Counted from the whole stretch's first letter, positions 50,183-60,021 are shown. The stretch is 63,998 nucleotides of DNA, filler included, from an uncultured Methanosarcinales archaeon (GCA_964472345.1; 4 parts of 4 records of this genome joined end to end with filler, not necessarily neighbours in it), one strand, 5' to 3'. The notes: generated from the letters alone by a model not told the origin. Numbers and translations: made by a program.

Positions 50183-51283
50183 ATGACAACAAAAACACTT
50201 CAGGACGTATTGAATAGGATAGGATTTGGGAATGAGCCTAGTTTTATTGACGGCGGACTCTACTCTGTCAGCGATCTTGCTGAACGGTCTACTGCCCTAG
50301 GCATGGCAGATAGTGTTGGAGGTGTGCTGGGCGCTGCTGCTTCATCTGTCGCCCAAGGCCGGACGCACGAACTGCTCCATTGTTTTGATGTTGGCTTTGG
50401 CGCGGCAGCACTCGTCAAAAATATCCGAGAAGACGGAAATGCGCAGCGGAAACTTGGGCTATCGGATGATGCTCTTACGGATGATGCCGTGCGAAGCGCG
50501 TTTCTCGCCGGGCTTTTCCATGATATCATTCTCTCATACGACGGGAGCCGGCTTGAGGGAGCTACGCCGGAGAGCACAATTGAAGCGGTTGTTACGCCTA
50601 CTGCGGCAGCCACTTTTCAAGGTAAGGCCCAGTACATAAAAGATGCCGTTGGCGATGATTTGCGTGGTGCGCTTGTACTTAAAGCGTCTTCCTCTCATCT
50701 CAATCCAGGTGTTTGTCGGGCTGCCGTTCAGCTACTGCTGTCTGGCTCAGATATCAAATTGCGCGAGGAACCTCAGAGCGCTTTTGGCCGCCTCAATCCT
50801 TATAAAGTCCTCGATGCAATCTGGTACCATGACGGCAATTACCCCATTCGAGGACACGCAGAAGCGGATGCACTCGTCGGTGATCGTTTGCGCCTGTTCA
50901 AGGAAGGGCGCGTCGGCATAGAAGTCGTTGAAGCGGGCATCAAGAAGCTGCTCGGCTATACAGAGCAGGATCCACGATGGGCTGAGCGGAGCGAGCGCCC
51001 CGATGCGGAGTATCTTGTACGTATGGTGAAGAAAAAGGCAGGAACTTTCCTTGACGATGTCGCAGGAACTGATACGTACGCTTTTGTTGTTGATGGGCTC
51101 GCATCGCAAAGGAGAAGTAAACGGACGCTGCGCAGTCCTGCGTTCTGGGCGGGTGTTGATATGATGCCTTGCGTTATTGCGCAGCTCAAGGGTAACGCGC
51201 AACTCAGGGCATCGTCTGGCGAGGCGATCGATATTCTTCAGCAGCGTTATGATGAAGTGCAGCAGTACCGCCGAGGTAAATGA
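50183..51283 (+). CDS. HD-domain metal-dependent phosphohydrolase-like protein
   Basis: H(C)...AGLFHDI...YHDG...GDRL metal ligands. Confidence 0.7.
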   Translation: MTTKTLQDVLNRIGFGNEPSFIDGGLYSVSDLAERSTALGMADSVGGVLGAAASSVAQGRTHELLHCFDVGFGAAALVKNIREDGNAQRKLGLSDDALTDDAVRSAFLAGLFHDIILSYDGSRLEGATPESTIEAVVTPTAAATFQGKAQYIKDAVGDDLRGALVLKASSSHLNPGVCRAAVQLLLSGSDIKLREEPQSAFGRLNPYKVLDAIWYHDGNYPIRGHAEADALVGDRLRLFKEGRVGIEVVEAGIKKLLGYTEQDPRWAERSERPDAEYLVRMVKKKAGTFLDDVAGTDTYAFVVDGLASQRRSKRTLRSPAFWAGVDMMPCVIAQLKGNAQLRASSGEAIDILQQRYDEVQQYRRGK

Positions 51284-51284
51284 G

Positions 51285-51590
51285 ATGACAACACTCTCGG
51301 GCACATGCGTCTGTCCGGGCATTGTTCATGGAACCATTAGGCGTTTTGTGCTGGGCAGCGCGTACACCAAACAGGATATTGTTGTTCTTGATCAATGGCT
51401 GACGCAGGATGTGCTTGCGCTCAAAGATGCGGGAGCGCTACTTTCTGCAACCGGCGGCGTCACGTCGCATGCCTCGATTGTTGCACGCGAACTTGGCATC
51501 CCTGCACTTGTGAATGTTGAGACCACAAAACTGGCTGAGGGGCAGCACGCCATGATTGATGCTGCGGACGAGAGGGTTGAGGTACAATGA
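51285..51590 (+). CDS. Stand-alone PEP-utilising mobile (phosphohistidine) domain
   Basis: GGVTSHASIVARELGIPALV. Confidence 0.88.
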   Translation: MTTLSGTCVCPGIVHGTIRRFVLGSAYTKQDIVVLDQWLTQDVLALKDAGALLSATGGVTSHASIVARELGIPALVNVETTKLAEGQHAMIDAADERVEVQ

Positions 51591-52891
51591 TCACAAAATA
51601 CACAACGGAAGCAAGGGCAGCGCCAAACAATGAAGTCTGGGAACTGGAGAAAGATGGGAAAAAGTATGTCTGCGAGCGGCCCGCATACACTTTGAAGAAG
51701 CTTGAGGTAGAGCTGCTCTCGAAAGGATTTGAAGATGAATCAATGCTTCTCTTTGGAAAAGTATTACCTTTTTTCTTTGAAGACAACGGACGCTGGTGGG
51801 CTCACCCATCACTCGGCAGCAGGGAAATGCTCTCGGTATTCGTAAAAGACCCATTAGCCTATATCAAAGCAGTCATACACAAAATAGATGCCGTTAAGAA
51901 CGTTGTGCACATTCTTCGTGAGGTTGAGGTCTCGCTTGATGCGAAAGATAGTGCCACTCTCTTTGAAAACTTTAGGAAGCTTGTTAGCGCGTATGTGCAG
52001 TTTTATTCTTATCATTTCCTGACCTATATTGTGAGCGATGAGATTGTTCTGCGATTCCGGAAGCTTCTCGAGTCTTTTCTCTCAAGAAAAGAGATGAATG
52101 CGTATTTCACTGATTTTCTCCAGGCAGAGATTACGAAAGAAGCAATAAAAGTGGGTGCAATTGGTGAGACCACTGAGCTCAAGCGCGATTTGATGTATTC
52201 GGCCATGAAACCAATTATCTTTTATCGTGAGCCCAAGCTCTTTTTTGATTTTTCAAAGGATAACGCGGTTGTCACGAAGCTCTGTGCTGCGCACTTGTCA
52301 CCTGAAACTTTCCGGGAATTTTTTGCGTTGCGCCTCATCACTCCCATCTCCATCCAGATCAATGAGGAAGGACAATATATCGAGAGCAAGATGCTATGCC
52401 CCATGATAAAGATTGTGCTTGATAACATAAAAGAAGTGCTTGTGCATGGTGGTCTTGTTGAACGTGCGACAGATATACGGGATTTTTCCCAACAGGAGAT
52501 TGGATATATGCTTGAAACCGTTCACAGACAAAAGCCAAAAAAAATTGCCGTGAAAGGGTTTGGGGTGAGCCAGGGCAAAGCCCGCGGGCGAGTTAAGATC
52601 ATCAAAGACATCAATGATCACCACAAATTCAATCTGGGAGATATCCTTGTCACCCATATAACAGACCCGACAATGGTCATACTGATGGGAAAAGCCGCAG
52701 GCATTATCTGCAATATTGGAAGCGTAGCCAGCCACCCTTCTATCTTAAGCAGGGAGATGGGCATCCCGTGCATCGTTCAGGCAGCGTGCGTTTCTACAGG
52801 TAAGCCCGTTACCGACGTGCTCAAAGACGGAGATCTCATCCATATGGACGGTTTAAGCGGCGAGGTGCATCACCTTGGACAGCTGGATTGA
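51587..52891 (+). CDS. Helical protein with C-terminal PEP-utilising mobile domain
   Basis: GSVASHPSILSREMGIPCIV, LKDGD; no ATP-grasp domain seen. Confidence 0.85.
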   Translation: MITKYTTEARAAPNNEVWELEKDGKKYVCERPAYTLKKLEVELLSKGFEDESMLLFGKVLPFFFEDNGRWWAHPSLGSREMLSVFVKDPLAYIKAVIHKIDAVKNVVHILREVEVSLDAKDSATLFENFRKLVSAYVQFYSYHFLTYIVSDEIVLRFRKLLESFLSRKEMNAYFTDFLQAEITKEAIKVGAIGETTELKRDLMYSAMKPIIFYREPKLFFDFSKDNAVVTKLCAAHLSPETFREFFALRLITPISIQINEEGQYIESKMLCPMIKIVLDNIKEVLVHGGLVERATDIRDFSQQEIGYMLETVHRQKPKKIAVKGFGVSQGKARGRVKIIKDINDHHKFNLGDILVTHITDPTMVILMGKAAGIICNIGSVASHPSILSREMGIPCIVQAACVSTGKPVTDVLKDGDLIHMDGLSGEVHHLGQLD

Positions 52892-53951
52892 CCAGTACGT
52901 TGAATCGGTGCTTGCTGCACTCGGCGCCATGGACTTTGGCACGCTGCAGCCGTTTGACCACCTGCAGTTCCAGCCGCTGATGGCAAAGGAGTTTGTTGAG
53001 AAGATTGACGAGTTTGTCCGGCGGGCAAAAACGCAGAACATCCCATTCAGGGAGCTTGCGGCGCTCTGGCCGGGGATGTCATCGCTGCGCTGCCAGCTGT
53101 ACTTCCTGCTGCTGGATCTCAAATGCGCGCGGATTCCGCGAGAAAAGCGGCTTGAGCTTGCGGACTTCTTTTTCAACATGCTTTCTGCAGGTGCAAAGGA
53201 TGATGTCTTCGGCTTCCGCTCGAACATTGTCCACACCACCGGCGAGGTGAAGGAGCTTCTCAGCGCAAAGCAGCTCAAGCAGGCAACGCCGGAGATTGCG
53301 CGATGGCTGGGGAAAATCTACACGGCGCTGTACAACCTTGGAGCGGGCTATTATGTTGACTTTTATTTTGACTATGGTGCTGAGAACGAAGGGCCGTACG
53401 ACGTTTCCGGTCTGTTCGGACCCGGCCACGTGCTCGTAATCAAGCGATTTACGGGCATGAAGCCTGTGGAGCTGTTTACGACTGCCGCGGCATTTATTGC
53501 GGATGACATTCGGATTTATTCCATTTATCAGAACGTCATTTACCGGACCGACATGATCTCGCTTCATGCAACGTACGACGGTGACACAATCAACAGCCTG
53601 AAATGGTGGGGACTGGAGCTCGACGGGAGGATGGTGGAAACTGCGGAACTCCCCGGCATCTTCGAGCGATCGGCGGAGGCATCGGTTGCGCAGTGGCAGC
53701 GGCTGACGTCATTATCTTTTGAAGAGCAGAAGGCCAAGGCTGCGGAAATCCGCTGCTTTGGCATGCGGAAGCTCTTCCTGCGCGCCGGGATGGACTGGCG
53801 GCCGACGGCGAAGATGCTCGACGCGCTGAAGGGCAAGCCGTTCAAGGACAACACATACTGGAATATCCCTTCGGACAAGAAGCAGGCGCTGCTCTTCTGG
53901 AGAATGCTTTACGATCCGCGGGAAGAGGCTTATCCGGGGCGGGGGTTTTAA
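52875..53951 (+). CDS. Hypothetical protein (last gene of the PEP-domain operon)
   Basis: TTG start after GAGGTG SD, overlapping upstream gene; long ORF. Confidence 0.75.
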   Translation: MDSWIDQYVESVLAALGAMDFGTLQPFDHLQFQPLMAKEFVEKIDEFVRRAKTQNIPFRELAALWPGMSSLRCQLYFLLLDLKCARIPREKRLELADFFFNMLSAGAKDDVFGFRSNIVHTTGEVKELLSAKQLKQATPEIARWLGKIYTALYNLGAGYYVDFYFDYGAENEGPYDVSGLFGPGHVLVIKRFTGMKPVELFTTAAAFIADDIRIYSIYQNVIYRTDMISLHATYDGDTINSLKWWGLELDGRMVETAELPGIFERSAEASVAQWQRLTSLSFEEQKAKAAEIRCFGMRKLFLRAGMDWRPTAKMLDALKGKPFKDNTYWNIPSDKKQALLFWRMLYDPREEAYPGRGF

Positions 53952-54253
53952 CGTATACAAGCATTCCTCGCAGCAGAACCCGCAGTAGCTCCTGTTCTGG
54001 CTCCCTGTTGCTGACGATGATCATCTCTGGTCTTGTTTAAAATGTGTTCTCATCCAGCAGAAGACTTTACGGAAAAGTTTCCTCTCCCGACCGCAGGGTT
54101 TTCATGTGCCTCGTCAAGGAGCAGAGCGGAACGGCTCCGGGCCTCTCCCGTTGCGCTCGCCGCATGTGCGCTGCAAATCTACGAAACATTTATATATAAA
54201 ACTATCTATTCACTATAGATTCACTATAAAAATCTAGGTATCGGGGACCTGCC

Positions 54254-54496
54254 ATGAAAGACACCACCCTCACGCTCAAGTTCCGGGGCACGGAAGCAGC
54301 CGTCCTCGAGCGGATGGTGCGCACCGGGCTGTTTAACACCAAGTCAGAAGCGATCCGATCGGCGCTGGTGCATTACTCGCTCGAGCTGGGGCTGCTGGGC
54401 CGGGAAAAGCTTTGGAAGGAGATCGCCGCATTTCCCCGGAGGAAGATCGACCCTGCGCAGCTCGCAAAAGAGCTTGAGGCACTGGAAGATGCGTAG
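54254..54496 (+). CDS. RHH (CopG/Arc) antitoxin
   Basis: LTLKF...LERMV..G.F.TKSEAIRSAL; ATTCACTATA direct repeats upstream. Confidence 0.82.
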   Translation: MKDTTLTLKFRGTEAAVLERMVRTGLFNTKSEAIRSALVHYSLELGLLGREKLWKEIAAFPRRKIDPAQLAKELEALEDA

Positions 54497-54911
54497 AGTG
54501 TTCATCGACACGAATGTCTTCATCTATGCTTTTGAGTATCCTCATTCCAACAGCGCCATTATCCTGGATTTGCTGAACAAGGGCGAGATTGAGGCAGTCG
54601 TTTCTGAGCGCGTCGTTCATGAGGTGGTTTGATATTTTGAGAGGCGCCACTCCATCGCGCTGGCACGGTTGTTCCGCCGCTACCTGCATGAAGCATGCGT
54701 GATTATTTCCCGTCAGAACGTCCTTGATGCAATGGAGGCCTACCGGAGAAACATCAATGAGAAAGACCTTGAGCAGCTGGCGGTCACCAAGAAGCTCAGG
54801 ATCCCTCACCTGATTTCCTATGACCGCGATTTTGCAGGGGTGAATGAATATATCACGCCGCGGGCATTTGCTCTTCTGATGAAACGCCGTGATGCAGAAA
54901 CGGAGTTCTAG
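54489..54911 (+). pseudogene. PIN/VapC toxin with in-frame TGA at 54630-54632
   Basis: MRRVFIDTNVFI...HEVV*YFERR...KDLEQL...ISYDRDF in one frame. Confidence 0.85.
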
Positions 54912-54945
54912 CCTCCGCCGTCGATATGCCTTCCGCACTTTTTCT

Positions 54946-55446
54946 CTACCACTCAAGCCTCTCACGGACCGTCCCAATAACCGTATCCGCATCAACCCCC
55001 CGCGTCGTATCAACAATGAGCACCTTGTGCCCTGCTTCCTGTGCCTCGGTGAGGCAATTATCAAATATTTCCGCGTCGAGGTTCTCCCGTACTTTCGCTG
55101 CGGGATAGCCGCGGGCTTCCAGGCGCTGCTGCAGGACTTTCAAATCGCAGCGGGTGACGATGCAGAGGTCAACATATTTTTTAGGAAGATGCTGGCTCAG
55201 GTGCGAGTCGATCACGAGATTTTCTTTCTTTTCCCCCGCTTCCGTACTGAGGGCGATGAGCTCCCTGTTGAGCTTCCCGACATCAACGATCCTGCACTGG
55301 CGCTGCCCGTCGTAGTCCTCGCAGAGCTGCTTCCGGTCAATCAGGGCGTTCACGTCGATGCGCCGGAAGCCGAGCTTTTGCCCGATGAGCTGCGCGAGCG
55401 TGCTCTTGCCGGTGCATGGGGTGCCGGTGATGATGAGTACTGCCAT
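54946..55446 (-). CDS. Adenylate kinase, AK6/hCINAP type
   Basis: ITGTPCTGKST, IDSH, RL..RGY...KVREN..AEI. Confidence 0.9.
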   Translation of the reverse strand: MAVLIITGTPCTGKSTLAQLIGQKLGFRRIDVNALIDRKQLCEDYDGQRQCRIVDVGKLNRELIALSTEAGEKKENLVIDSHLSQHLPKKYVDLCIVTRCDLKVLQQRLEARGYPAAKVRENLDAEIFDNCLTEAQEAGHKVLIVDTTRGVDADTVIGTVRERLEW

Positions 55447-55481
55447 TATGTGGAGAGTTTGAAAGGATGGAAGAGCATGCC

Positions 55482-57539
55482 TTACTTCTCCTTGAGCCTG
55501 CGCAGCTCCTCGTTCACGCGCTGGAGCTCGGCCTCCCAGGGCGGCGTGCGCGGCTGCGGGGCCCGTGATGGCGGAGGCTGCGAGGAAGGCTGCTTCTGCT
55601 GCTGAGGCGGCTGTGGTGCGGGTTTCGGCTTTTCTGCCTCTTTCGCCTGCTGCTGCCTGCCGCCCTGCGGCGCCTGCTTCTGCGCTGGAAGTGCTACCAT
55701 CTGCGCCTTCGCCTGCTCGTCGCGGCGCTTCCTGAAAAACTTCTGCAGGAATGCGAGCGACTTCTTCCTGGGCAGCGGCGTCGCCTGCACGGCCTCGGCA
55801 AGGTGATCATGCTCCTGCTGCTCGAGCTCATGCCGCTTCCTCTTGTGGTGCTGGTACATGAACTTCTGCACGTAATGGCGGCTCATGAACTGCTGGGACC
55901 CCCAGATGAAGAGGAACAATGCGATCGAATACAGCGAGAGGTAGACTGCGTCGAGTATGATGGTGTCGAGCGATGTCCTGAAGAGCACGACTTCCCGAAG
56001 CATCTGCTCGGCGAGGACAAACGGGTTGAAGGCTGCGATGCTCCGGAGCGCGGCGGGCATGCTCTCGAGCGGAAGGATGACATCTGATAGCAGCAGCAGG
56101 ATGCTTCCGGTTGAGATGCTTGCGAGAGTCGCGGTCTCCTCCGATGTCAGGATGTACCCTATCAGCATCCCGGCGAAGGTAAAAAATGTCCCTGCAAGCA
56201 GCAGTGAGCCGATGACCCCAGGCATGCTCGGAAGAATCTGCGCGGAAAAGAAGAAGCTCGCAATGACGAGAATGATGAAAAGCTGGATGATGAGCAGGAG
56301 CATGTTGGTCAGGTACGTCCCGAGCACGAAGGTGATATCCCTGGTGGGAGTTATGAAATTGCGGAAAAACGCAGGGCTGTGCTTTTCCATCATGACCATG
56401 GTGCTGCCGAGCAGCAATGCGATGAACATGACGACCAGCACGATCAGGCTCGGGAAGAGGTAGTTGAGGTAGGTCTGCTGCGCGGCGACCGGCCGGATGT
56501 CCGTGACAATCGGCTCTGCGATCGCTTCGGGGTTTGTCACCTTGATCGAGTTGATCTCGCCGATGATACCATTGATCGTGCTTTCAATGCCTGCGAGCTG
56601 CTCCATGCCCTGGCTCATGCGCTGCTGCACCGCGGTGAGCGCCTCGACGGAGCTCTGCCGTGCGGTGTCCGCGGCCGTGAGGCGTGTCTTGATGTTCTCG
56701 AGCTCGCGCTGAACGTCCCCGAGCAGCACACCGAGGTGCGTCAGGCTCTGGTTCTCCGCGTTGATGAATTTCTTGGCGATCTCGATATTGGTGATGGCGC
56801 TGTCAAGCTGAAGCTCGAGTTCGTCTCCCGAGACGCCCGATTTCACGGAAGAGACATTTTTCTTCGCATCATCAAGCTTCTCGCTCAGCGTGTCGCGGAT
56901 GAGAACGAGCATCTCCTTCGCTGCACTGAGGGGAAGCGCCCCTTCGTTGTAGGACAGGTCGAGCGCGCCCAGGCTGGCGGTGATCTGCTGGGCGGTAGTT
57001 GCGGTGCTTTCCGTATGCGACTTCACGGAAGCAAGCGCCTCCTGCTTTCCCTGAAGCTGCTGCCTTGAGTCGTCGAGCTTGCTGATCAGCACGCCTGTCA
57101 GGTTTTTGCTGATCTCGCGCGCACTTGAGCCGAAGTGGACGTTCAGCGTGTCCATAATCATCCAGACAAGGTTGATCTTGCTGTGATCGACGTAGAAGAT
57201 GACCTCCTTCTGCTCATTCGTCTCAAATGCGAGGTTTTCCGGAAACATGATGCAGGTGTTGGTGATGCCGGCCTTGATGTCCTCCACGCATTCCTGCTCC
57301 AGGTCATACCTGATGATGCGGAAGTCCTGCTCGGCGAGCTGGTCAAGGAACCGGTTGAGCTGAGGACCGAAGGCTTTCGCGTGCACCCCGATGGTAAGGC
57401 CGAAGGTATTGGTGTTGTCGAACGCAAGGCCGACGAGCAGAATCAGCAGCAGCGGGGCGAGAATGACGATCAGCGCGGAGGTCTTTGAGCGGATCAACAG
57501 CTTCAGATTCTTGCTGATAATGGGAATGAGCGTCTTCAT
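55482..57539 (-). CDS. ABC-2 exporter permease with large coiled-coil ectodomain
   Basis: KNLKLLIRSK N-terminal TM, heptad-rich ectodomain, C-terminal TMs with LPLESMP/FNP. Confidence 0.88.
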   Translation of the reverse strand: MKTLIPIISKNLKLLIRSKTSALIVILAPLLLILLVGLAFDNTNTFGLTIGVHAKAFGPQLNRFLDQLAEQDFRIIRYDLEQECVEDIKAGITNTCIMFPENLAFETNEQKEVIFYVDHSKINLVWMIMDTLNVHFGSSAREISKNLTGVLISKLDDSRQQLQGKQEALASVKSHTESTATTAQQITASLGALDLSYNEGALPLSAAKEMLVLIRDTLSEKLDDAKKNVSSVKSGVSGDELELQLDSAITNIEIAKKFINAENQSLTHLGVLLGDVQRELENIKTRLTAADTARQSSVEALTAVQQRMSQGMEQLAGIESTINGIIGEINSIKVTNPEAIAEPIVTDIRPVAAQQTYLNYLFPSLIVLVVMFIALLLGSTMVMMEKHSPAFFRNFITPTRDITFVLGTYLTNMLLLIIQLFIILVIASFFFSAQILPSMPGVIGSLLLAGTFFTFAGMLIGYILTSEETATLASISTGSILLLLSDVILPLESMPAALRSIAAFNPFVLAEQMLREVVLFRTSLDTIILDAVYLSLYSIALFLFIWGSQQFMSRHYVQKFMYQHHKRKRHELEQQEHDHLAEAVQATPLPRKKSLAFLQKFFRKRRDEQAKAQMVALPAQKQAPQGGRQQQAKEAEKPKPAPQPPQQQKQPSSQPPPSRAPQPRTPPWEAELQRVNEELRRLKEK

Positions 57540-57574
57540 CCTACCTCTTTTTTCTGATTACATATGACCGAGCG

Positions 57575-57830
57575 CGGAGTTGGTGCGATGCGAAGAGACT
57601 GCGTCTCTGGCAACTCCTCGCCTCGCTCGGAGTAATTCGCTGTCGCGGCACTGCGGTGGCAAGCCAGCACTCCCTAAAGTCGTGCACGTCGGCGCTCCGC
57701 CGATTTCCGTAAAGTTAGCCCCATCATATCTCGCAATGCGAGCCGAAGGAAATCGGTTCCAGCGAGCCCTGCAAGCAGTGCACTGCGTCGCTCGCAACGG
57801 GGGGCAGTGCATCATTTCGCACCAACTCCG
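57575..57830. mobile_element. MITE D (256 bp) inserted into the 3' end of the ABC ATPase gene
   Basis: 14-bp perfect TIR CGGAGTTGGTGCGA / TCGCACCAACTCCG; TSD CCGAGCG at 57568-57574 and 57831-57837. Confidence 0.88.
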
Positions 57831-58783
57831 CCGAGCGCAATCGCCTCGAATACTTCCTTAAGCGTCGGGCGATGCACCTCGAGCGCGGTTGCGGTGATTG
57901 CTCCATTGCGGAGCAGCTGGGCAAGCTCAAAGAGCGTCGCCTGTGCGTTCTGTGTGTGGAGCGTGAGGATACGGCCGCGATCCCGAATGCGCGAGATGTT
58001 CCCGCGATTGAGCTTTGCGAGAATCACCGGAAAGAGGGACGGGTCGGTCTCGATCTGGACCTCAACAGCTTTTTGCCCGAATTCCTCTTTCAGGGCATCG
58101 AGCGTGCCCACCTTGAGCAGCCGTCCATTGTTCATGATGCCGACATGGTCGCAGACGGCTTCGAGCTCCTGCAGGAAATGGCTTGCAACGACGACGGTGG
58201 TGCCGAGCTTGTTGATCGACAGGATCAATGACCATGTTTCGTCGCGGAGCAGGGGGTCGAGGTCGGCGGTCGGCTCGTCGAGGATCAGCACCTCAGGGTT
58301 GTGAATCATGCCGCAGATGATGCTCAGGCGGCGCTGCATGCCCCCGGAGAGGTATTCGGCAAGCTTGTCCTTGTGCTGCTCGAGTTTGGTGAGCTCGAGC
58401 AGCCGCTGGGCGTGCGGCTGCACCTTCCTGCGCTCGAGCTGGTGCAGCGCTGCGAAATGGAACAGATTCTCCTCGACGGTGAGCTTCGGATAAAATGACG
58501 GTGTCTGGGGGGCAAAGCCGAAGAGGCGCTTGACCTCGCCAGGGTTCCTGTGCAGGTCCTGCAGCTCGTTCGCGGCCTTGGGGTCTTTGGTGCGGTACAG
58601 AACGCTGCCTTCATCGGGCTCGTAAAAGCCGATCAGGTGGTTCAGGAGCGTGGTTTTGCCGCAGCCGGACATGCCGATGATGCCGAAGATCTCGCCTTTC
58701 TGCACATCAAATGAGATCTTATCAAGAACGATGCGGCTGCCGAGCTCTTTTGTCAGGTTTGTTACGTGAAGCGCAATCACCAT
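57812..58783 (-). CDS. ABC transporter ATP-binding protein
   Basis: GMSGCGKTT, LSGGMQRR, ILDEPT, SH. Confidence 0.95.
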   Translation of the reverse strand: MVIALHVTNLTKELGSRIVLDKISFDVQKGEIFGIIGMSGCGKTTLLNHLIGFYEPDEGSVLYRTKDPKAANELQDLHRNPGEVKRLFGFAPQTPSFYPKLTVEENLFHFAALHQLERRKVQPHAQRLLELTKLEQHKDKLAEYLSGGMQRRLSIICGMIHNPEVLILDEPTADLDPLLRDETWSLILSINKLGTTVVVASHFLQELEAVCDHVGIMNNGRLLKVGTLDALKEEFGQKAVEVQIETDPSLFPVILAKLNRGNISRIRDRGRILTLHTQNAQATLFELAQLLRNGAITATALEVHRPTLKEVFEAIALGGVGAK

Positions 58784-58855
58784 GGTTTTCCCCGCTCTTT
58801 GCCACCCCAAAGGTCTGGCGGATTTATAAAGGTTTTTCTTACGGGTTTTGAGCAG

Positions 58856-59983
58856 TTACGAAGCAGAGCGCTCGCCTTGTGCCGGCGTGCGGTCTTCCTG
58901 CCCAGCTGAGAAGAGCCGGCGGGCAAACGCAAGCAGCCGCGGCTCGTAGAGAAGCGCGGCGAGCAGCCGGAACGGCTTTTCGCGGTCGTGGCGCTCGAGC
59001 AGGCGCCGGAGCCGCGGCTGACCGAGCAGCATGATAAGCCTGTCCCAGTCCTGGTTGGAAAAACGGTCGAGCAGCCGGCGCATCCTGAGATGGAGCCAGA
59101 GGTCGCGTCCGATGCGCCGCTTCCAGCGTTTCTTATAGCTGTCGCCGTGCGCAAGCGCCTCTGCAAGGCATTCTGCCGCCTTCATGCCGGGGATGATGCC
59201 GCCCGCGGTGGTTGCCTTGACCTGGGTCGCGGCATCGCCAACCAGATAGGTCGCATCCTGCTCGGTTGTGTACTGCGGATCGTATACAGGGATCGGGCCA
59301 GCCTGCATCTCGAGCTGGGTGAAGCCATGCTTCCTGATAAATGCCCTGAAGTTCGTGCCCGTGCCCTTGAGGCCGACGCGGGCCGTTGCCTCGCTTTCGG
59401 GGACGATCCAAGCGAAGAAGCCGGGGCTGATGGCGTTGTCGAAGTAGACAGTGTATCTGTCCGGGTCGAAGGCGCCGCGGACGCGCGCCTGGATACCGAC
59501 GCAGTAGCGGCGCTGCCGCGCGGGGTTGAGCAGCCGGGCGACCGTGCTGTTCGCGCCATCCGCGCCGATGAGGATGCCGCCCGTGATCCGCCTGATGCGC
59601 TGGTCCTTGGCATCCTTGATGAGCAGCGCACCATCCTGCCGTCCGATGAAGCGGTGGTTGAGCAGCAGTGCTGCGCCGGCGTCCCTGGCGCGATCCGCAA
59701 GGTACTGGTCGTAGCGGTCGCGCGCGACAAGGTATTCCTTTGCGCGGAGCAGGAGCTTCGTCCCGTTGGGAGCGATGAGCTCAATGCCGTGGGTGACATT
59801 GGTGACATATTCTGGCGACGGCTTAAGGATCTCTTTGAGCGTGAGCGTCATGAGGCCGGTGCACTGGATTGGCCTGCCGATGACGCTGTGCTCCTCGTAG
59901 ACGGTGACATCAAACCCTCTTTTGGCGAGGAGTGCGGCTGTGTAGCTGCCCACAGGCCCGGCGCCGATGATGCTGACTTTCAT
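58856..59983 (-). CDS. Geranylgeranyl reductase family FAD oxidoreductase
   Basis: IIGAGPVG, PIQCTG, GADG.NS, F.WIVP, VGDAA..VK..TAGGI. Confidence 0.9.
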   Translation of the reverse strand: MKVSIIGAGPVGSYTAALLAKRGFDVTVYEEHSVIGRPIQCTGLMTLTLKEILKPSPEYVTNVTHGIELIAPNGTKLLLRAKEYLVARDRYDQYLADRARDAGAALLLNHRFIGRQDGALLIKDAKDQRIRRITGGILIGADGANSTVARLLNPARQRRYCVGIQARVRGAFDPDRYTVYFDNAISPGFFAWIVPESEATARVGLKGTGTNFRAFIRKHGFTQLEMQAGPIPVYDPQYTTEQDATYLVGDAATQVKATTAGGIIPGMKAAECLAEALAHGDSYKKRWKRRIGRDLWLHLRMRRLLDRFSNQDWDRLIMLLGQPRLRRLLERHDREKPFRLLAALLYEPRLLAFARRLFSAGQEDRTPAQGERSAS

Positions 59984-60021
59984 GGGAGCACGGGCTGCCG
60001 GCTTCTTTTTATAGTTTTTGA

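Noticed and set aside
54055..54180. GC-rich stem-loop region upstream of the RHH-PIN pair
   Set aside because: No TIR pair or TSD found; structure not distinctive
54630..54632. TGA recoding (alternative code or selenocysteine)
   Set aside because: TGA is used as a normal stop throughout the window and the position is not a catalytic Cys
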